From: Bacteroidetes bacterium RIFCSPLOWO2_12_FULL_37_12
GTDB lineage: Bacteria > Bacteroidota > Bacteroidia > 2-12-FULL-37-12
Reading direction: 5' to 3'
NCBI GenBank assembly: GCA_001769655.1
Contig: MEPC01000020.1
Coordinates: forward strand, 217,922 to 281,921
Length of the DNA stretch: 64,000 nt
The notes beneath the pieces are model-generated. The model saw only the letters and a program-made list of their open reading frames with translations, did not search any database and had not been told where the DNA came from. How positions within the stretch are numbered: the first letter of the stretch is position 1; each line of letters starts with the position of its first letter. Below are positions 57,632 through 64,000 of the stretch, one piece after another. The position numbers and the translations under genes are program-made.

Positions 57632-59455
57632 TCATAAATAATCTTCCATCCAATAGTACAGCGATATAAGCGTAAAAATTTGTTTTTCTTTATTCAATTT
57701 ATGTTGAAAGTGTTGTTTAAAAATTTTATCTACGGTACGAATATCAAAGTAACCGGCAAATTTACTGCCGGGTTCGGTAAGCATTTTATAAAATTTTTCT
57801 CCCACGTTACTTTTAAACCAAGTATCGGTAGGGGAAGAAAACCCTTTCTTTTTTCTATAGACAATGGAAGGGGGTAAAATTTTTTCGGCGAATTTTTTAT
57901 GAATGAATTTTCCTTGTCCGATTTTCAAACGATACTGATAGGGCAATGATTCAAGAAAAGTCACTAATTCATTATCAAGTAACGGAACCCTTGTTTCTAT
58001 GGAATAGTGCATGGAAACCTTATCTGTATAAAGTAAAAGATCATCGGCAAGATTCATTCTTAAGTCAAGCGACATCATAGCTTCAACGGGTTTTTGTTTG
58101 TATCCTTCCAGCAACTCGTAAAAGTATTTTATTTTTTCAATACTACTATTGGCGGATTGCCCAATCAAGCTATTTATCTCTTCAGTAGTGAACAAAGCAT
58201 ATATTTTATCAAATCGTTTTACCACTTCTTTTTCTGCAAGTGAATTAGAGGCACGATACAATTTTTCATTTGTAATTTGATGTGAAAGAGCTTTCATGGC
58301 TTTGAAAAGAAAAGCAGGTAAATGCTGGCGCCACAATTCTCCCTGGTAACGGGGGTAACCTCCGAGCGGTTCATCAGCACCTTGTCCCGTGAGAACTACT
58401 TTCAAGTGTTTTTTTACCAATTCATTCAAAAAGTACATTGGAATTATAGAAGTAGTTCCGAGCGGTTCTTCAATAATAGAGATGCATTTCCTTAAAATAG
58501 TTGAAAATTGAACAGAAGAAATTGATACTTCATAATGGTCAGTTCCTATAAATTCAGCCGTTTTTTGTGCCTCTATCAACTCATTGGCTTCACTCTGCTC
58601 TTGAAAACCGACAGTGAATGTTTTGATTTTTTTCCCATAATATTTTTGAGCGTAATGGGTGACCAATGCCGAGTCAATGCCACCGCTCAATAAAACTCCG
58701 ATTTCCACATCAGCAAGTAACTGACGTTTTATAGCATTTTCAAAAAAGAATTCATATTGCTGAAGGGCATCCCGGAAACTAATCTGGTGGTTGATAATTA
58801 CAGGTGAAATAAAAGTGTTCTCCAATAATGTTCCTTTCTGTAAATCATATTCTAAGTAATGTCCCGGTCTGACTTTTTTAATATCTTTAAATAACGTATG
58901 CGGCGAAGGATTGTACCGAAGCCGCAATAATTCCGCTAAACTGTTTTTATCAATAGTGGTTGAAACAAGCTGTCGGATAGGTCGTATTTCAGAAGATAAA
59001 ATCAACGATTTCCCGAAATGATAATAATACAACGGTTTGACGCCAAACCGGTCTCTTACTAAATAAATCTTTTGATTGATTTTATCTAAAAAAGCGAATG
59101 CGAAAATTCCATTCAGATTGCCGATGGACTTGATTCCGAAATGTATAAAATAATACAATATGGTTTCTGTATCGGAGTGCCCCTTGAAATTGACTGAGGG
59201 TAGTTTTTGCCTTAAATCGGCATGATTGTAGATTTCACCGTTAAAAATAATGGAGTAATTTCCACAATCGGAAATCATCGGTTGATGTCCGGCAGAGGTA
59301 AGGTCAATGATAGAAAGTCGTCTATGTCCAAAAATAATTTTATTGCCTGCTAAATCAAAGTTTTCAATGCCATAATCATCCGGACCACGGTGAGCAATCA
59401 TGTTCAATGTTTCATTACCAAAAGGATGATTGACGCTGGCTAAAATACCGCACAT
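57632..59455 (-). CDS. Asparagine synthase family glutamine amidotransferase (WbpS-like; probable amidation of a uronic acid)
   Basis: Ntn 'MCGI' N-terminus, PP-loop 'LLSGGIDSA', 607 aa. Confidence 0.85.
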   Translation of the reverse strand: MCGILASVNHPFGNETLNMIAHRGPDDYGIENFDLAGNKIIFGHRRLSIIDLTSAGHQPMISDCGNYSIIFNGEIYNHADLRQKLPSVNFKGHSDTETILYYFIHFGIKSIGNLNGIFAFAFLDKINQKIYLVRDRFGVKPLYYYHFGKSLILSSEIRPIRQLVSTTIDKNSLAELLRLRYNPSPHTLFKDIKKVRPGHYLEYDLQKGTLLENTFISPVIINHQISFRDALQQYEFFFENAIKRQLLADVEIGVLLSGGIDSALVTHYAQKYYGKKIKTFTVGFQEQSEANELIEAQKTAEFIGTDHYEVSISSVQFSTILRKCISIIEEPLGTTSIIPMYFLNELVKKHLKVVLTGQGADEPLGGYPRYQGELWRQHLPAFLFKAMKALSHQITNEKLYRASNSLAEKEVVKRFDKIYALFTTEEINSLIGQSANSSIEKIKYFYELLEGYKQKPVEAMMSLDLRMNLADDLLLYTDKVSMHYSIETRVPLLDNELVTFLESLPYQYRLKIGQGKFIHKKFAEKILPPSIVYRKKKGFSSPTDTWFKSNVGEKFYKMLTEPGSKFAGYFDIRTVDKIFKQHFQHKLNKEKQIFTLISLYYWMEDYL

Positions 59456-59466
59456 GATTTGGTTGT

Positions 59467-59982
59467 TTATTTTCTTTTTTTAATTAATTTTGCCGGTACA
59501 CCGCCAACTACACTATATTCTTCCACATCTTTAGTTACAACTGCACCAGCACCAATGATACTGCCCCTTCCTATTTTTATACCGGGCATAATAATTACAT
59601 TTCTTCCTATCCATACATTGTCTTCAATTATTGGGTTTACATTTTTTATTTCACCTTGCTGAATCATGGGCACATTGATTTGAGCAAAATCATGACTTGA
59701 ATTCAGCAGAGTAACATTAGGCGCTATCATTACATAACTTCCGATTTCTGCTCCTTGAATAAACACATTTTCGTTGATATGAGTATGTGAACCGATTTTT
59801 ATGCCATTAGCTGAAGCGATGTAAACCGAATTTTCAAAATAATTATTCGTATGGGGTTCCATTATCTTTAAGATATTTTCCACATACCAACAGCGTACTC
59901 TATTGAAGAAAAATCCAAAGCGCGAGTGAGGAAGTTTTGCTATTATTAAATAGTAAACAAGAAGTTTAATTTTTTTCAGCAT
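59467..59982 (-). CDS. Hexapeptide-repeat acetyltransferase (WcaF / serine-acetyltransferase-like)
   Basis: LbH repeats '…NVWIGRNVIIMPGIKIGRGSIIGAGAVVTKD'. Confidence 0.7.
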   Translation of the reverse strand: MLKKIKLLVYYLIIAKLPHSRFGFFFNRVRCWYVENILKIMEPHTNNYFENSVYIASANGIKIGSHTHINENVFIQGAEIGSYVMIAPNVTLLNSSHDFAQINVPMIQQGEIKNVNPIIEDNVWIGRNVIIMPGIKIGRGSIIGAGAVVTKDVEEYSVVGGVPAKLIKKRK

Positions 59983-61153
59983 GTAGTTTCATGGTTAATA
60001 CATACAAATAAGGCAGGACTGCCCAACGAAGTGTGTTTTTATTTCTTTTAATTCCAAAAATATCAATGATTGAATAAATATCGTTATTTATAATAAAATA
60101 ATTTTGGATAGTTGAAGATAATGAGTGTACCAATGGGTGGTCTTTGAGTAACAGCGCAACATTTAATAATTCAGCATTGTCGTATAAATCGTATTTTACC
60201 ATAGATGGCTTATCTGAAATTGAAAACCTTCTTGCAAGTTTAGTTTTGTTATCATAAAAATTGTTTTTTACATAGTTATATCCTTTTTGAATTATAGTAT
60301 CTGCTTGGTTTAAAGGGAAAAGTAACTGTGCTTTAAAAATATTTTTTAAAATAAAACAAGAGTGAAAACAGTCAATAAAATTTCCAGAAAGGGTGTCCGC
60401 ATAATAATACCAACTGCCATCCGTTTGTTGGAAATTTACAATAAAGTTGTAAAGCCGAAGAATTTTTTCTTTAATATATGCCTGTTTATCAGGAAAATAA
60501 GGAAGAAGCAATGCGTAACAATACATTGCGTAAGAATTAGCATTTATTACAATCCTGTTTTCTTTCACCGGAGCATACGAAAGTGCGAGTTGGTCAGCAT
60601 CTGATTTCAAAACTAAAATGTCTTTTTCAATGAAATCAAAAACACTTTTTATAACAGGATCAAACCCTTTGTTACCTGTTTTTTCTCTGTATTTTATAAG
60701 CGCTTCAAGCACATAAGGGGTGTTGGTTATATAGGGTGTCTGTGGCGGATATACTCCATTTTTAGAAACCCAAAGAGTGTTCATTCCCCAGCAGTATCCG
60801 TTATAACCTTTTGAAAAATTTTCAACTAACCAGCGAATATGCTTCTCGGCAACATGCAGGTAATTGACCGTTTGTCCGTTATCAAAGAGTTCCAATAATG
60901 CCAAGGCAGAAAGTGCCCGCACCATTGGATATTCTTGTTTTTGATAACCAAAGCGGTATGAATTATTCAGAAATAAATCAAACAGGGTTAAGGTTGCCGC
61001 CGGAAGTATTCCGGTTATTTTATTTTTATAAAATAAATATTTAATCTTTTTGCCAATGGATGTTTTCCAAATATCATAAGGGTCATAACAACTTAAATTT
61101 TCTTGAAGGCAAAACTTTTCAATAAAAGGGATTGTTTTTATTTCGGCGAACAT
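59966..61153 (-). CDS. Hypothetical protein in the EPS operon. It may be an (alpha/alpha)-toroid polysaccharide-modifying enzyme (heparinase II/III-like or glucuronyl C5-epimerase-like) or a polymerase.
   Basis: 395 aa, soluble, no motif I can assign with confidence. The guess rests on context only. Confidence 0.25.
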   Translation of the reverse strand: MFAEIKTIPFIEKFCLQENLSCYDPYDIWKTSIGKKIKYLFYKNKITGILPAATLTLFDLFLNNSYRFGYQKQEYPMVRALSALALLELFDNGQTVNYLHVAEKHIRWLVENFSKGYNGYCWGMNTLWVSKNGVYPPQTPYITNTPYVLEALIKYREKTGNKGFDPVIKSVFDFIEKDILVLKSDADQLALSYAPVKENRIVINANSYAMYCYALLLPYFPDKQAYIKEKILRLYNFIVNFQQTDGSWYYYADTLSGNFIDCFHSCFILKNIFKAQLLFPLNQADTIIQKGYNYVKNNFYDNKTKLARRFSISDKPSMVKYDLYDNAELLNVALLLKDHPLVHSLSSTIQNYFIINNDIYSIIDIFGIKRNKNTLRWAVLPYLYVLTMKLHAEKN

Positions 61154-61187
61154 TATTATTATTTTTTAGTTACTATTCAGTAACATT

Positions 61188-62297
61188 CTATTTAGAATTT
61201 AATTCAGTATAAACCTCTTCTAATTGATCGGCAATTTTTTCAACACTAAAAAGTGTAGCTAATTTTTTGTTGTTATCCGACATTTGCTGACGTAGTTCAG
61301 CGTGATCTAATAAATAATCAATTTTTTCAGCCAGCATTTTTGGGTTTTGCGAATCAATCCAAAGGCAATTATCCGGCTCGGAAAGAAAATCGGTGATGGG
61401 TCTGACCTTCGTAGTAATGATAGCCATGCCACAGGTTACTGCATAAAAGAAAGCCATCGGGAATCCTTCTAAATGATAAGATGGGAATATAAAAATATCA
61501 CTTTGCATATATTGTTTAATGAGTTCTTCCAAAGGTATTTCTCCCATTAATGTTACCGTATCTTGCATTTTCAACTCCATAATGATTGATTTAGCTTGAT
61601 TTAATAATTGCCCTTCTCCAAACAAAAGTAATTTAAAATCATTCCGTTGAAGAAAGCTTGTGGAGCGAATCGCATCCAGAATACCTTTGGTTTCAATAAA
61701 CCGGGAAGCAAAAATGATTTTCTTGATGGGGGATGATGTTTTCATGTCATTACAATCACTGGGATTAATGGGGTTAATTACGGGATTGTAAATTTTAGAG
61801 ACATTCACTCTATGACCATATTGATTTTTTATTATTTTTTGTTCTTCCGTAGAGGTAACAATAATTCGATGACACCGGGTTAAAAACCAATTTGCATAAC
61901 CCAGCCATAATTTATTCCAATTAGTTATAAGATGCCACTCTCCACCATGTGCATGCAGTACAAATTTTTTTCTAAAAAAACGGGTAATCAAAAGATGTAT
62001 AGAGTCCCTTAGGATTGTTTTTTTATCAAAGCTGGATTGAATATGTATAATGTGGGGGTTGAAAAACAAAATCGTGCCGATAAAATTAAAAAGCTGGAGT
62101 ATTTCTGCTGAACTCCTTTGGAGTTTATTTAATCCTCGTTTTGGTTTTGCATAAAGGATTTTCTTATAGACCATTTCTCCGGACATAAGCTCCAGTACTT
62201 TTTCCAATCCCATTACCACTGAAGCAATTCCTCCCTCTGCTTCTTCGCCGGGAGTTGCAAGCAATATCTTTATTTTATTTTTTATAATACTTTTCAA
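61188..62297 (-). CDS. Family 4 glycosyltransferase (paralog of the 63044 gene)
   Basis: C-terminal GT4 motif 'FPSYHLEGFPMAFFYAVTCGMAIITT'. Confidence 0.75.
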   Translation of the reverse strand: MKSIIKNKIKILLATPGEEAEGGIASVVMGLEKVLELMSGEMVYKKILYAKPKRGLNKLQRSSAEILQLFNFIGTILFFNPHIIHIQSSFDKKTILRDSIHLLITRFFRKKFVLHAHGGEWHLITNWNKLWLGYANWFLTRCHRIIVTSTEEQKIIKNQYGHRVNVSKIYNPVINPINPSDCNDMKTSSPIKKIIFASRFIETKGILDAIRSTSFLQRNDFKLLLFGEGQLLNQAKSIIMELKMQDTVTLMGEIPLEELIKQYMQSDIFIFPSYHLEGFPMAFFYAVTCGMAIITTKVRPITDFLSEPDNCLWIDSQNPKMLAEKIDYLLDHAELRQQMSDNNKKLATLFSVEKIADQLEEVYTELNSK

Positions 62298-62961
62298 TCA
62301 GGCGGAAGTTATATTCGATATTATTATTCAAACCAAGTTGTTTAAGTATGGGAATTATTTTTGTATGATCTATTGCATAATAACTTCCTTCATTTACAAA
62401 ATCATACGTCGCTTTGATTTGTAAAACCTGTTCAAAGATACTAATTAAATCTATTACCTTAATTGGCTTTCCCAATACAATATTTATAATTTGATTGTTA
62501 AAATCATTACGTCTTAGAATGATTGACACTATTTTTGCAATATCGTCAACGTCTATCAAATATCTATAAGCAAGTGCGTAAGCAGTAATCTTTTCACCGT
62601 TATTTATCTTGTTAAATAAATAATTGGTTAGTGTATTGGGATTAGAAGTATTTCCAACCACAATAGGTAGCCGAAAAATAATATAATGTTGAACCTGTTG
62701 CTGAATATAGGATTCTATTTCTCTTTTATGAATAATGTATGGAGTGTCATTTAAGCTGTTATCCTCAACACTGCAAGTGCTAAAATAAACCAGCATAGCA
62801 TCATCCTTTATGCTCTTTAGCAGAAGATTTTTTTCTCTGTCAAAAGCGGCTTTTGAAAATTCTTTAGAATTGGAAACCCCTGAAGCAAAAATGATTACAG
62901 AATTCTCTTGTTGAGGAAGACATTTGAACGCATTTGCTAATAAACCATTGCCTATAATCAT
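62275..62961 (-). CDS. Short NAD(P)-binding epimerase/reductase-like protein
   Basis: N-terminus 'MIIGNGLLANAF' (GxGxxA), YxxxK 'YIIHK', 228 aa. Confidence 0.4.
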   Translation of the reverse strand: MIIGNGLLANAFKCLPQQENSVIIFASGVSNSKEFSKAAFDREKNLLLKSIKDDAMLVYFSTCSVEDNSLNDTPYIIHKREIESYIQQQVQHYIIFRLPIVVGNTSNPNTLTNYLFNKINNGEKITAYALAYRYLIDVDDIAKIVSIILRRNDFNNQIINIVLGKPIKVIDLISIFEQVLQIKATYDFVNEGSYYAIDHTKIIPILKQLGLNNNIEYNFRLIEKYYKK

Positions 62962-63043
62962 AAAATAATTAATATTTTGTTACTGATTCGTTGTGGATTT
63001 TGGGTTTATAAGGAACTAATATTCCCTGTATTATATTCTACCC

Positions 63044-64000
63044 TTATTGTGAAATTAGCTTTTGATAAAGAGTCAGAAATTCGTGAGAAATTTTCTCCGG
63101 GCTGAAAGATAATGACAATTTTTTGTTATTTTTTCTCATTGGGGTTACTAAATCCGGATGATCTAACAAAAAACCAATTTTTTCTGCAAGAATACGAGGG
63201 TTTTTGGGCTCCACCCAAAGACAATTCTCCGGTTCGGAAAGAAAATCCGAAACAGCTCTTATTTTTGTGGTAATGATGGGTAACCCACACGATACTGCAT
63301 AAAAAAGAGCCATAGGGAAGCCCTCCCCATAATAAGATGGAAATAAAAACATATCGCATTGAAGATATTGTTCAATCAATTGAGGCAATGAAACTTCGGA
63401 TTTAAGTGTAATCTTATCCTGTAAGTTTAAAGAACTAATTAACGATTGGGCTTTATTAAATAAAATACCCTTTCCATAAATTAAAACATGAAAATCATTT
63501 CTGTGCATTAAATGCGATGTTGCATGAACTACATCCAAAACTCCTTTCTCTTCAATTAAACGGGATGCAAAGATTATTTTTTTAATCGGCTGAAATTTTG
63601 AAAAATCAAGTTGTGCCGGGATAGGAATAGGTGAAACAACTGGGTTATAAATGGTACTCACTTTAACTTTATCCTTATAAATATACTCTAAGACCTGTTG
63701 TTCATTGGATGAGGTTACAATGATACGATTACAAGAAGTTAAATATAATTTAATATAATATTGCCATCCCTTACTCCATTCATTTACTTTGTCCCACTCA
63801 CCCCCATGTGCATGTAAAATAAATTTCTTACCGGTTAACCGAGTAGCCCAAAGATAGATAGAATCACGTAATACATTAATATTTTTATAATGAAATGTTG
63901 ATTGAATATGAACGACATCCATTTTAAAGATAATAATTTTAACAACAAATGCGAAAAGATCATAGATTTCCAAAATAAATTTATTAATTCCAAGTAATTT
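63044..64000 (-). CDS. Family 4 glycosyltransferase. It is partial: the reading frame stays open to the window edge, and the listed start at 63973 is a TTG picked by the ORF tool.
   Basis: About 60% identical to the 61188–62297 protein. The frame continues N-Y-L-E-L-I-K-F-I upstream of 63973 and aligns with paralog residues about 60–70. Confidence 0.7.
   Translation of the reverse strand, partial: KLLGINKFILEIYDLFAFVVKIIIFKMDVVHIQSTFHYKNINVLRDSIYLWATRLTGKKFILHAHGGEWDKVNEWSKGWQYYIKLYLTSCNRIIVTSSNEQQVLEYIYKDKVKVSTIYNPVVSPIPIPAQLDFSKFQPIKKIIFASRLIEEKGVLDVVHATSHLMHRNDFHVLIYGKGILFNKAQSLISSLNLQDKITLKSEVSLPQLIEQYLQCDMFLFPSYYGEGFPMALFYAVSCGLPIITTKIRAVSDFLSEPENCLWVEPKNPRILAEKIGFLLDHPDLVTPMRKNNKKLSLSFSPEKISHEFLTLYQKLISQ

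Noticed and set aside
63044-63973. The apparent N-terminal truncation of the last GT4 gene, which suggested a pseudogene
   Set aside because: The reading frame stays open beyond 63973 to the window edge (…N-Y-L-E-L-I-K-F-I upstream). The listed 'M' is a TTG chosen by the ORF tool. The gene simply continues past position 64000.
1-64000. A search for CRISPR arrays, rRNA/tRNA genes, transposases, integrases and restriction–modification or other known defense genes
   Set aside because: There is no array of regular direct repeats with unique spacers and no recognisable recombinase, transposase or nuclease/methylase motif. Mobile-element signals are limited to the MITE-like repeat and the Bro-N gene.

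Overview
This is a low-GC (about 36–38%) Bacteroidota chromosomal window. The phylum is supported by T9SS C-terminal sorting domains of both type A and type B, by Bacteroidetes-type TAnnTTTG -7 promoter boxes, and by bamD–rpoZ–coaBC synteny. I did not find any rRNA, tRNA, CRISPR array or transposase/integrase.

The window is dominated by two polysaccharide-biosynthesis loci. Locus A (260–5817, minus strand) encodes a sulfotransferase, a Wzy-like polymerase, a GH clan-A hydrolase, an O-acetyltransferase and a Wzx flippase. Locus B (43034 to beyond 64000, minus strand) encodes Wzz, Wza, WbaP, GT4 glycosyltransferases, a nucleotide-sugar dehydrogenase, a WbpB/WbpD/WecB-like UDP-sugar pathway, an AsnB-like amidotransferase and acetyltransferases.

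Both loci are tied to PAPS synthesis. A DASS-family permease, cysD and cysN sit next to locus A, and cysC is embedded inside the locus B operon. A sulfated, acetylated and possibly amidated exopolysaccharide is therefore the most likely product.

Between the two loci lies an unusual region. Three large periplasmic proteins with two-component-regulator propeller (Reg_prop) and Y_Y_Y domains are each paired with a T9SS-secreted protein carrying PKD domains. Two TPR proteins are also present. All five proteins lack kinase or receiver output domains. Instead they end in the same conserved ~65-aa three-helix membrane module, with motifs FEF/Y, EPY, GG(A/I)P(L/I)(F/W/Y)K and P-x-E. This module appears to be undescribed.

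Other notable points are these. The cysD–cysN pair is split by inserted genes: a Bro-N/DinD-like gene, a Cys-rich ORF and one of the TPR-module genes. The whole block is bracketed by a perfect 23-bp inverted repeat. A ~150-bp structured MITE-like repeat occurs twice, about 47 kb apart. There are several short-repeat and palindrome families, a tandemly triplicated promoter-like repeat, and a C10 homopolymer tract.
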